64,000 bases of DNA, from the NCBI GenBank assembly GCA_020354435.1, contig CP070646.1:2922175-2986174 (forward strand). The letters run 5' to 3'. The notes beneath the pieces are model-generated. The model had not been told where the DNA came from. It was given only the letters and a program-made list of their open reading frames with translations, and made no database searches. Position numbers and translations under genes: made by a program. Source of the DNA: Gammaproteobacteria bacterium (lineage in GTDB: Bacteria > Pseudomonadota > Gammaproteobacteria > GCA-001735895). Below, piece after piece: positions 43,417 to 53,704 of the stretch (position 1 is the first letter of the stretch; the number at the start of each line of letters is the position of its first letter).

Positions 43417-43700
43417 GGGCTGCTGCGCACCGCGATAGCGGCGTTACTTTTTGCAGCGAGACGCTCACATACTGATTTGTATGCTCGCGCCTTCGCTGCA
43501 AAAAGTGCCTTGCTCTCACGGTGCTCGCGACGCCCAAAACATTCGATTGTTTTAGAGTCTGGGCTGCTGCGCTCGTGATAGCGGCGTTGGAATTTCGCGC
43601 GAGACGCTCGCGTACCGGCCTGTACTGCTCGCGCCATCGCGCGAAATTCCGCCTTGCAGCTGCTTCGCTCGCGACGGTCTGCAGGCAAAAAACTTCCCCG
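43417..43700. repeat. tandem duplication (~144-bp period) of a unit containing a 14-bp-stem hairpin with compensatory substitutions between the two copies
   Basis: Unit 1 stem ACTTTTTGCAGCGA / TCGCTGCAAAAAGT. Unit 2 stem GGAATTTCGCGCGA / TCGCGCGAAATTCC. Of 14 stem positions, 7 differ, and all are compensated on the opposite arm. The flanks GGGCTGCTGCGC…GATAGCGGCGTT and GCTCGCGACG are conserved. Confidence 0.8.
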
Positions 43701-43799
43701 GGATTTGCTGCACTCTCTGAATTTCAAAGCCAGGTGACATTGCGGGCCTGCAGGCAAAAAGTGTTCAGACCATTGCTGTGTTTCAGGCTTTAAATTTGG

Positions 43800-43825
43800 T
43801 GTCATCCCCGCGCAAGCGGGGATCT
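43800..43825 (+). repeat. REP-like element TGTCATCCCCGCGCAAGCGGGGATCT (copy 3)
   Basis: Exact match to the family core, just 3' of tRNA-Arg. Confidence 0.85.
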
Positions 43826-43907
43826 TGTGATGGCGAGATACTCGAGTCCGATGGGTCGGTAAATGGCTTGGCTTTTTGGCGGTACGAGACCCATCGAAGG
43901 AGAGAAA

Positions 43908-43984
43908 TGGCGCGCTCGGCGGGAGTCGAACCCACGACCTTTGGCTTCGGAGGCCAACACTCTATCCAACTGAGCTACGAGCGC
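43908..43984 (-). tRNA. tRNA-Arg (anticodon CCG)
   Basis: The reverse complement reads GCGCTCGTAGCTCAGTTGGATAGAGTGTTGGCCTCCGAAGCCAAAGGTCGTGGGTTCGACTCCCGCCGAGCGCGCCA: a cloverleaf with a T-loop GGTTCGA, an anticodon loop CTCCGAA, and an encoded CCA. Confidence 0.9.
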
Positions 43985-44139
43985 TTTGAATTTCCCGTGC
44001 TGCTCGAAAGGCAGGGGCGTGATTGTAAACCATCCGGCCGCGATTTAGGCAGGATCGACAGATATTTTTTTTTGCGAATTATTCGCTTTTCGAGGATAAT
44101 GCGCTGCGTTTCGCAGCCACCCGACTCCTGGAGACCCTC

Positions 44140-44613
44140 GTGAGCGATACCCAACACGACACTTTTTCGAACCGTAATATCACCGTTCTCGGTATCTTGC
44201 TGTTGATAGCCGTATTTATCGGAGAGGTCCTGATCGGTCCCCATAGCGATGAAGAAGTCGTGGTCGAAGTGGCCGACACCATGGAAGATATCGCCATGCG
44301 CATCAAACCCGTGGTCTCAATCGAAGATATTCGCAAAAACATGAGTGTGGCATCGGCCGCGGCGGACGCGGCTGATAAATCGCCGGATCAGCTATATCAG
44401 AGCGCCTGTCTTGCCTGTCATACCACCGGCGCTGCCGGTGCGCCGAAGATTGGTGATGCGGGTGCCTGGGATCAGCGCCTGGCCAAGGGGCTGGACGCGT
44501 TGGTCACATCGGCCATCAATGGTATCGGTGCCATGCCGCCTCGTGGCGGCTCCCAGTTTAACGACGATCAGATCAAGGCCGTGGTCGAGTACATTCTCGA
44601 CGAATCCAGGTAA
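44140..44613 (+). CDS. membrane-anchored cytochrome c5-family protein
   Basis: CLACH heme-binding motif. C-terminal region LYQSACLACHTTGAAGAPKIGDAGAWDQRLAKG…MPPRG. N-terminal TM helix. The start codon is GTG. Confidence 0.8.
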   Translation: MSDTQHDTFSNRNITVLGILLLIAVFIGEVLIGPHSDEEVVVEVADTMEDIAMRIKPVVSIEDIRKNMSVASAAADAADKSPDQLYQSACLACHTTGAAGAPKIGDAGAWDQRLAKGLDALVTSAINGIGAMPPRGGSQFNDDQIKAVVEYILDESR

Positions 44614-44791
44614 CACTGCCGCTGCGCGGCAGCGTCATCCCGGAAAAAGCTAGCGTTTGCCGATGCGTCGGACCGCCGGGATCTCCCAAGCATTCCGCGC
44701 TCCAATCGGCGGCATAAATCCATCCATGCCCACGCGGCGGATTCATCCCGGAAACTGAATAGCGCTCATCCTGTCTTAACCCAAGCAACTG

Positions 44792-46297
<1,506 letters not shown>

Positions 46298-46545
46298 GAC
46301 AGAGTCCTTTCATGATTAAACGGGCCATTTGTCCGGCGCGTAAACGCATCCTGCGTTGCGTACAGCAGTTTAACACGAAAATCCCTGCCGGATGACCTTC
46401 GGCAGGCGCATTTATCGGCTGCAATCAGGCAGAACTTACCCGAATGCGCTGGTCGTATATCCCCGATGACATATTAGTATATTAGAGTTTATTAATATAA
46501 TTTTACGACAAATTTCATTTACAGGGCAATGAGAGGGCTAGAGTT

Positions 46546-47232
46546 ATGAGTATCAAACGATTATCAGCCGTTTTATCGGCTTCATTGCTTGCGGTTTTAG
46601 TTGCTGCCGCAGGCTCTGTCTCAATCGCCAGCGAGCAGCAGCAGGTAGATCCTACGGAGCACAAGTTCGAGCTTGCCAAACAGTACTATGGCGAATGCAC
46701 CGCAACCGACAGCTCGCAGTTCGACGCAATTCGTCCGGAACTGAAGGCATTTACCGATATGGAGATCATGGCGCAATACATGTCCGATCCTGCCAAGTTT
46801 GCCAAGTTGATGTCGGTGGTCAATGATCCGCGCACGATTCACGTCATGAGCAAATGTGCCACCGAGCCGGTCATGTGGGATACCTGGATGAGGGGTATGA
46901 CCGATTTCAACAAGATGAGTCGAGCCATGACTTACTTCATGAACCCGAACATGTACATGCAGTGGATGATGGCGCCGATGAATCCCGCGATGTACCAGCC
47001 GATGATGCAGATGGCTGACCCGGCTTACTATACCCGCTGGATGAATGCGATGATGAACCCGGTCTTTTACCAGCCGATTACTTCACTCGCTGACCCCAAC
47101 TGGTATACACCCCGAATCAACTGGATGATGAATCCGCAGTCGATGCAACCGATGTTCAACATGATGAACATGGGCGGCTATTTCGCCCCGGTGCCCGCTG
47201 CAGGTAATACGGCTGTTCAGCCGCAAAACTAG
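46546..47232 (+). CDS. secreted Met/Asn/Pro/Tyr/Trp-rich repeat protein
   Basis: Signal peptide, then about four ~25-aa repeats of the form MNPxxYQPxxxxADPxxYTxWMNxM, with many MxM/MxxM motifs. Confidence 0.6.
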   Translation: MSIKRLSAVLSASLLAVLVAAAGSVSIASEQQQVDPTEHKFELAKQYYGECTATDSSQFDAIRPELKAFTDMEIMAQYMSDPAKFAKLMSVVNDPRTIHVMSKCATEPVMWDTWMRGMTDFNKMSRAMTYFMNPNMYMQWMMAPMNPAMYQPMMQMADPAYYTRWMNAMMNPVFYQPITSLADPNWYTPRINWMMNPQSMQPMFNMMNMGGYFAPVPAAGNTAVQPQN

Positions 47233-47323
47233 GAAGTTAAACAGGGACCCAGCAAGTTAAACAGGATGTTACGAATCGGTACGGAAAGGATTCCGTGCCG
47301 ATTTTTTTATTGAGGGCAAGATC

Positions 47324-47530
47324 ATGCAACCGAATATCGGAACCGTCGATCGCAGTATTCGTGCGATTGTCGGTCTCGTCTTGATTGCGAGCTGGTTTTT
47401 TGACCTGCAGCAGGGCACGCTCGGAATCTTATCTCTGATAATCGGAATCAGCTTGATCGTGACCGTGGCGGTCCGCCGCTGCCCGCCTTATGTGCTGCTC
47501 GGCATCAATACCGGCGCGAGCGGAGAATAA
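47324..47530 (+). CDS. DUF2892 (YgaP-like) small inner-membrane protein
   Basis: GTVDRSIRAIVGLVLIA…, 68 aa with two TM segments. Confidence 0.7.
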   Translation: MQPNIGTVDRSIRAIVGLVLIASWFFDLQQGTLGILSLIIGISLIVTVAVRRCPPYVLLGINTGASGE

Positions 47531-47566
47531 CCGAATCATTCGTGCTCACCGGCCAGGCGCCGTACC

Positions 47567-47812
47567 TCAATCCAGGCTTTCTTCGAGTTCCTTCAGTCGG
47601 GCTTCGATGTTTTCGAGTTTTTCCCGGGTTCGTGCCAGTACTCTTGCCTGTATATCGAACTCTTCGCGGCTAACCATTTCGTAATTAGCAAGCTGCTGTT
47701 GCAGCAGGCTTTTCAAACGCGCATCAAAATCCGATTTGGCCTGCTGCAGGCCGGGCGGTAACAGTTCGTTGATCTTGTCTGAGATCCGGTTGATAGTCTG
47801 ATTGTCGATCAT
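47567..47812 (-). CDS. ubiK: ubiquinone biosynthesis accessory factor UbiK (YqiC/BMFP)
   Basis: MIDNQTINRISDKINELLPPG…VSREEFDIQARVLARTREKLENIEARLKELE is collinear with E. coli YqiC. The start was taken at Met14 of the track ORF. Confidence 0.8.
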   Translation of the reverse strand: MIDNQTINRISDKINELLPPGLQQAKSDFDARLKSLLQQQLANYEMVSREEFDIQARVLARTREKLENIEARLKELEESLD

Positions 47813-47941
47813 AAATGCCTCAAGATAGTGCAGAGTATTTCGAATACGCACTATTAGCGTGCAAAACTACGCGTAATTGCATCAATTTTAACCGTAATTT
47901 GCGAAGTTGCACAGAGTTGCCAATATGTGCCTCGGATTTAA

Positions 47942-48295
<354 letters not shown>

Positions 48296-48304
48296 GAGGG
48301 CCAC

Positions 48305-49549
48305 ATGGAAAACCAGATTTTTGAGTTACAGTACGCTCTCGATACGTTCTATTTCCTCGTATGCGGTGCGCTGGTCATGTGGATGGCCGCCGGCTTCGCC
48401 ATGCTTGAGGCTGGCCTGGTGCGCTCCAAGAACACGACCGAGATTCTTACCAAGAATGTCGCCTTGTTTGCGGTGGCCTGCACTATGTATATGGTTTGCG
48501 GCTACTCCATCATGTATGAAGGCGGAATATTCCTGTCGGGCATTCTAGGGGATGGCGTTGCTGGCGCCGATGAACCCGCAACCTATGCGCCGTCTGCCGA
48601 CTTTTACTTCCAGGTAGTCTTCGTCGCAACGGCAATGTCGATCGTCTCGGGCGCCGTGGCGGAACGGATGAAACTGTGGGCGTTCCTGCTTTTCGCCGTC
48701 GTCATGACCGGCGTGATCTATCCGCTGGAAGGCAGCTGGACCTGGGGCGGTGCACCGGTCTTCGGCATGTATACGCTCGGCGATCTCGGATTCTCGGATT
48801 TCGCCGGTTCCGGCATCGTGCACATGGCCGGCGCGACCGCGGCGCTTGCGGGCGTGATACTGCTTGGCGCACGCAAGGGCAAATACGGTAAAGATGGCAA
48901 GGTGAATGCGATTCCAGGCGCCAACCTGCCGCTGGCGACGCTCGGCACCTTCATTCTCTGGCTCGGCTGGTTCGGCTTTAACGGCGGATCGGTGCTGGCC
49001 ACGGCCACGGTCGAAAGCGCGAACGCGGTTGCGGTCGTGTTCATGAATACCAACGCTGCCGCGGCCGGTGGTCTGATTGCCGCGATGATCGTTGCCCGCA
49101 TCATGTTCGGCAAGGCTGACCTGACGATGGCGCTGAACGGCGCGCTCGCCGGCCTGGTCGCGATTACCGCGGAACCGTCTACGCCGACGCCGCTGCTCGC
49201 GACCATATTCGGCGCTATTGGCGGCGTCCTGGTCGTCTTCAGCATCGTCACTCTCGACAAGTTGAAGATCGACGATCCGGTCGGCGCGATTTCGGTGCAC
49301 GGTGTTGTTGGCCTGCTCGGACTGCTGTTGGTGCCTGTCACCAATGACGGTTCCAGCTTCAGCGGGCAGATCATCGGTGCGCTGACGATTTTCGTCTGGG
49401 TATTTGTCGCCAGCTTCGTGGTTTGGCTCGTGATCAAGACGGTCATCGGAATTCGCGTCAGCGAAGAGGAAGAATACGACGGAGTCGACCTGTCCGAATG
49501 CGGCATGGAGGCTTACCCGGAATTCATCGCTACCGCGCAGACTCGTTAA
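48305..49549 (+). CDS. amtB: ammonium transporter
   Basis: 11-TM Amt family, in the glnK-amtB operon. Confidence 0.9.
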   Translation: MENQIFELQYALDTFYFLVCGALVMWMAAGFAMLEAGLVRSKNTTEILTKNVALFAVACTMYMVCGYSIMYEGGIFLSGILGDGVAGADEPATYAPSADFYFQVVFVATAMSIVSGAVAERMKLWAFLLFAVVMTGVIYPLEGSWTWGGAPVFGMYTLGDLGFSDFAGSGIVHMAGATAALAGVILLGARKGKYGKDGKVNAIPGANLPLATLGTFILWLGWFGFNGGSVLATATVESANAVAVVFMNTNAAAAGGLIAAMIVARIMFGKADLTMALNGALAGLVAITAEPSTPTPLLATIFGAIGGVLVVFSIVTLDKLKIDDPVGAISVHGVVGLLGLLLVPVTNDGSSFSGQIIGALTIFVWVFVASFVVWLVIKTVIGIRVSEEEEYDGVDLSECGMEAYPEFIATAQTR

Positions 49550-49570
49550 ATCCTTTAAACGGTATACTAA

Positions 49571-49604
49571 TCGGGGCCGGCTTCTGCCGGCCCCGATTTT
49601 TTTT
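49571..49604 (+). terminator. rho-independent terminator after amtB
   Basis: CGGGGCCGGCTTCTGCCGGCCCCG followed by T8. Confidence 0.8.
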
Positions 49605-49639
49605 GTGATAACATTGGTCTAAAAGGATCAGAATCAGCA

Positions 49640-49909
49640 ATGTTGTGCCATATCTACCGCAGTAACCTTAAACTCGACACCTACCTTTATCTCACGACCA
49701 AGGATGATTTTTCGGTTATCCCGGGGGAGTTGTTGCGCGTGTTCGGGCCACCCGAATTCAGTTTCAGTTTCGATTTAACCGAAGGACGTAGGCTTGCCAA
49801 GGAAAATACCGCAGAGGTAATCGAGAATCTCGAAACCAGGGGTTATCATCTGCAGTTGCAGGACGACGAGCTGATCGAGGAAATGCTGGCACGCAAAGCC
49901 ATTAATTGA
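49640..49909 (+). CDS. ycgL: YcgL-domain protein
   Basis: CHIYRSNLKLDTYLYLTTKDDFSVIPGELLRVFG is collinear with E. coli YcgL. Confidence 0.75.
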   Translation: MLCHIYRSNLKLDTYLYLTTKDDFSVIPGELLRVFGPPEFSFSFDLTEGRRLAKENTAEVIENLETRGYHLQLQDDELIEEMLARKAIN

Positions 49910-49936
49910 CATTTGAAAAGTAGCCCTGTATCTCAT

Positions 49937-50061
49937 ACAGGGCTACTTTTCAAATGTCATCCCCGCGCAAGCGGGGATCTCCGACCAAACCCGCGGTATC
50001 CTGTTGAGCGGTTTTACAGGGCTACTTTTCAAATGTCATCCCCGCGCTAGCGGGGATCTCC
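49937..50061 (+). repeat. two-unit direct repeat (46-bp unit ACAGGGCTACTTTTCAAATGTCATCCCCGCG[C/T][A/T]AGCGGGGATCTCC, 79-bp period); the first unit is fused to a 21-bp-stem hairpin just 3' of ycgL
   Basis: Units at 49937-49982 and 50016-50061, with a 33-bp unique spacer. A degenerate third copy (GTTATCCGCGCAAGCGGTGGTCC) lies near 50135-50160. Confidence 0.8.
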
Positions 50062-50198
50062 AAACCGCATACCGGAAGATCACCAACAACCACACGATAA
50101 CAAGATTCCGGCTTACGCGGGAAGTACCCAGATTTCGTTATCCGCGCAAGCGGTGGTCCGGCGTACCGGGATCATCTGGCTCTATGCCACTTACGCAG

Positions 50199-50987
50199 TC
50201 AGTGCCGACTGGAGTCCCGACCCGATAAGCGCTGCAGTAGCTGCTTAACCTCGTGTCGCAGAAAACGGCTTTTAATCGGCGGCGAGGTTGCCACTTCGTG
50301 GCAGTAGAAGCGGCAGAATAAATCCCATTCCCGATCACTGAAAATCTCGCCCTGCCGGGTTTGGCGACGGATGTTCAGCAAAAGCCTGGAGAGTGTTCTC
50401 TGCGTGGTGACACGTTTGGGATAGGGGTTTCGAACTTCGCGGTCGATCAGGGTTAATTGCATTGACGTACCGGGGGCGTCACTGCTGAAAATGTCTTTTA
50501 GCCGAATCGATCCAAAGAATCCGTTTTGATGCAGCTTGCCGACCAGCGTGGCGAAATGGATGACGATATGTTTACGCTGATGGCTGTTCGACGCCCGGTA
50601 AAGTTCGGACAAGTCCCGGCCATCGACTTTGCGGGTCATGATGAAGCCGTTTTTCGGCATGCCCAGTTTCAGGCTTTCGCCAACCACAACCACTTCGGCC
50701 GCATCGAAGCCGGCGCTGCGCAGCAATCTGTAATGCAACATTTCCCTGTAGGGTTTGCTATGTGCGAGTTTTCCACCGAAATAACTTTCGAGGGCAGACG
50801 CGAGCTTCTCGGCGTAAACGCGTTTAAGGAAGAAAATATGACCATCCAGCTGCAGCAGCCGTGTTTCGCGTCCCTAGGCCTGCTCGACCAGTTTGCCGGC
50901 GGTGGAATTCAGTATCGAGGTGTAGTCGTCCAGGCCGTGTCTGCGCAGTAGCGCTGCGTACTCAGGATTAACCTGTAGCCGAACCAT
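50199..50987 (-). pseudogene. InaA/Kdo-kinase-family (lipopolysaccharide kinase) gene interrupted by a single in-frame TAG at 50874-50876
   Basis: One continuous 263-codon frame: MVRLQVNPEYAALLRRHGLDD…KLVEQA-TAG-GRETRLLQLDGHIFFLKRVYAEK…LHQNGFFGSIRLKDIF…. It is collinear with E. coli InaA blocks (KKLYVKRM / ELERAGV…LLVTE / MHS…HG…RHIYV). The track splits it into ORFs 50874..51101 and 50199..50741, which are in the same frame. Confidence 0.65.
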
Positions 50988-50991
50988 ATGC

Positions 50992-52299
50992 TCAGAGTCT
51001 GTCGCGCAGCGCGTAGTAAGACATTCCGAGAACCATGCCCGGCCAGCGTAATAAATCGCCACCGGGAAAGGATCGGGTCGGAATTTTACCGAACAGATCA
51101 AAATTTTCGGCTTCGCCGGACAACGCGTCGGCGATCAGTTTGCCGGCCAGTGAAGCCATGGCAACGCCCTGGCCCGAGTAACCCTGGGCGAAATAAATAC
51201 TGTTACCGAGGCGTCCGAAGTGCGGCATCCGATTCAGCGTTACCGCGAGCGTGCCGCCCCAGGCGTAGTCGATACGGGTGTCGGCCAGCTGCGGATACAC
51301 CTGCAACATCGGCTTGCGCACGAAACTGGCGATATCGGTGGGAAAATTCTGCCGATAGTTTTCACCGCCGCCGAACAACAGGCGCTTGTCCGCCGACAGG
51401 CGATAGTAGTTGACCACGAAACGCGAGTCGGCAATCGCGATATCGCGAGGATTGATCCTGCGGAGTTGTTCGTCACCCAGCGGTTCGGTCGCAACGACGA
51501 AATTGTTGAGCGGCATGATCTTGCCCGCGACTCTTTTTTCGAGTTTGCCGAGATATCCGTTGCAGGCGAGTACGATGTGATCGGCTTCGATCACGCCGGT
51601 TGTGGTCTGCACACGGTTCGGTTTGCCTTCCCGGTAACCGCTGACCGGGCTGTCGCGGTAAATCCGGGCGCCGGCGGCAAGTGCCGCGGCGGCCAAACCG
51701 AGCGCGTAGTTCAGCGGATGCAGATGACCGGCGCCCATGTCGAGGCTGCCGCCGCAGTAGCCCTCGCTGCCGACCAGTTCGGCCATGGCGTCGCGCTCGA
51801 GAAACTCGATCTGGTCGTAGTCGTATTCCTTGCGCAGGAAATCGACGTATCGTCGGCTGTCTTCGTCGTAGCCGGATTTGTGGTTCGGATGCGCGATTCC
51901 GGGTTTCAGGTCGCAATCGATCTGGTGTTCGGCGACGAGCTGTCTGACGGTATCCTTGGCCGCTTCGGCTAGCTCCCAGAAGTGGCGTGCCGCGTCGGCG
52001 CCGACCATCTGCGTGAGCGTGACCTGATCCTTGCGCTGGCCGCTGCAAACCTGGCCGCCGTTGCGCCCGGAAGCGCCCCAGCCGGGTTTGCGTGCCTCGA
52101 GCAGGACCACATCATATCCACGCTCGGCGAGGTGCAGAGCCGAGGACAGGCCGGTATAGCCGCCGCCGATGATGCAGACATCGGTACGGCAGGAACCATC
52201 CAGCGTCTCCAGCTCGAGTTTCCGGTTGCGCGTGGCCTCGTAGTAGGAAGCCGGGTAGTGGCCAGTATCGCTGCGGTCCTGGACCAGTTTGAAAGCCAT
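50992..52299 (-). CDS. FAD-dependent oxidoreductase (gamma-glutamylputrescine oxidase PuuB-like / DadA family)
   Basis: VCIIGGGYTGLSSALHLAERGYDVVLLEA dinucleotide-binding motif, 435 aa. Confidence 0.8.
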   Translation of the reverse strand: MAFKLVQDRSDTGHYPASYYEATRNRKLELETLDGSCRTDVCIIGGGYTGLSSALHLAERGYDVVLLEARKPGWGASGRNGGQVCSGQRKDQVTLTQMVGADAARHFWELAEAAKDTVRQLVAEHQIDCDLKPGIAHPNHKSGYDEDSRRYVDFLRKEYDYDQIEFLERDAMAELVGSEGYCGGSLDMGAGHLHPLNYALGLAAAALAAGARIYRDSPVSGYREGKPNRVQTTTGVIEADHIVLACNGYLGKLEKRVAGKIMPLNNFVVATEPLGDEQLRRINPRDIAIADSRFVVNYYRLSADKRLLFGGGENYRQNFPTDIASFVRKPMLQVYPQLADTRIDYAWGGTLAVTLNRMPHFGRLGNSIYFAQGYSGQGVAMASLAGKLIADALSGEAENFDLFGKIPTRSFPGGDLLRWPGMVLGMSYYALRDRL

Positions 52300-52309
52300 G
52301 CGGCCCTTG

Positions 52310-53695
52310 TCAGGCGATCGCTTTATGGGTCAGGTCAAGGCACTGCCAGGCGCGTTCGACAAATACATCGACATCGGCCGGCTGCAGGATCAGCGGCGGA
52401 GAAATAATCATCGAATCGCCGACGGCGCGCATGACCAGGTTATTGTTGAAACAGAAGTCGCGGCAGATATTGCCGACGTTCAGGTCCTTGTCGAATTTGA
52501 CGTAATTGTCCTTGTCCTGGACCAGCTCCAGCGCACCCAGCATACCGACGCCGCGGACCTCGCCGACCAGCGGGTGATCGCCGAGTTCACGCAATCGCTT
52601 CTGCAGGTAAGGCGCGGTCTGTTCGCGGACCTTGTTGACGATGTCTTCACGTTGCATCAGCCTGATGTTGGCGATCGCAACCGCGGCGCAAACCGGGTGG
52701 CCGGAATAGGTATAGCCGTGATTGAGTTCGCCGCCCTGGTTGATCAGCACATCCATGATCTTGTCTGCGACCATGACGCCGCCGATTGGAAGGTAACCGG
52801 AGGAAATCCCCTTCGCCATCGGCATCAGGTCTGGCTTGAGGTCGTAGTAATCGCTGCCGAACCATTCACCGGTACGGCCGAACCCACAGATGACCTCGTC
52901 GGCGATCAGCAGGATGCCGTAGTGCTCGCATATCTTCTTCACTGCCGGCCAGTAGGTTTCGGGCGGTACGATGACGCCGCCGGCACCCTGGATCGGTTCG
53001 GCGATGAACGCGGCTACCTTGTCCACGCCGAGTTCCTCGATCTTGTCGGCGATCGACTGCGCCGCCTGGCGGCCGAATTCGTCGCGATCGAGATCGCTAC
53101 CGAGCTCGCAGCGCCTGGCGAACCAGTTGGGTTGCTCGACGTGTACGATATTCGGAATCACGCCGCCCTGCTTGTGCATGGCCTCCATGCCGCCCAGGCT
53201 GGAGGCGGCAATCGTGCTGCCGTGGTAGGCGTTCTTGCGGCTGATCACAACACGCTTTTCGGGTTTGCCGAGAATATCCCAGTAACGCCAGACCAGGCGC
53301 AGCACGGTATCGTTGGCCTCGGACCCGGAGCTGGTGAAAAACGCGTGGTTCATGTGCGCCGGGGTTACCTCCGACAACAGCGCCGACAGTTCGGCGGCGG
53401 GTGGCGTGGAGGTCTTGAAGAAAGCGTTGTAGTAGGGCAGCTGCTGGATCTGCGCGTAGGCCGCCTCGATCATGTCCTTTTGCCCGTATCCCATGTTGAC
53501 GCACCAAAGCCCGGCCATCATGTCCAGCAATTCGTTGCCGTCGGAATCGGTCAGGTATACGCCATCGGCCGATTCGATAATACGCGCCGGCTTTTCCTGC
53601 AAATCGTGCGGATTGGTAAACGGGTGCAGGTGGTGGCTATCGAGGTCCTGCCATTTTTCGGTATTGCTCGTATCCATCGCGGTTGCTTGGGTCAT
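52310..53695 (-). CDS. class-III (omega) aminotransferase, putrescine/beta-alanine--pyruvate transaminase-like (SpuC-like)
   Basis: LWCVNMGYG…, a PLP-lysine region, 461 aa. Confidence 0.8.
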   Translation of the reverse strand: MTQATAMDTSNTEKWQDLDSHHLHPFTNPHDLQEKPARIIESADGVYLTDSDGNELLDMMAGLWCVNMGYGQKDMIEAAYAQIQQLPYYNAFFKTSTPPAAELSALLSEVTPAHMNHAFFTSSGSEANDTVLRLVWRYWDILGKPEKRVVISRKNAYHGSTIAASSLGGMEAMHKQGGVIPNIVHVEQPNWFARRCELGSDLDRDEFGRQAAQSIADKIEELGVDKVAAFIAEPIQGAGGVIVPPETYWPAVKKICEHYGILLIADEVICGFGRTGEWFGSDYYDLKPDLMPMAKGISSGYLPIGGVMVADKIMDVLINQGGELNHGYTYSGHPVCAAVAIANIRLMQREDIVNKVREQTAPYLQKRLRELGDHPLVGEVRGVGMLGALELVQDKDNYVKFDKDLNVGNICRDFCFNNNLVMRAVGDSMIISPPLILQPADVDVFVERAWQCLDLTHKAIA

Positions 53696-53704
53696 AGTGT
53701 CACC

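Noticed and set aside
43386-43805. Track ORFs of 139 aa (minus) and 60 and 90 aa (plus) inside the tandem-repeat region
   Set aside because: They overlap on both strands and have no RBS and no domain. Their 'codons' follow the palindromic repeats, so the region is better explained as structured non-coding DNA.
49937-50061. A bona fide CRISPR array
   Set aside because: There are only two regular units plus a degenerate third with irregular spacing. Identical cores occur as singletons at three other loci. No cas genes or leader-like AT-rich region are present. The structure is therefore recorded as a REP-like array with CRISPR resemblance, not as a CRISPR feature.
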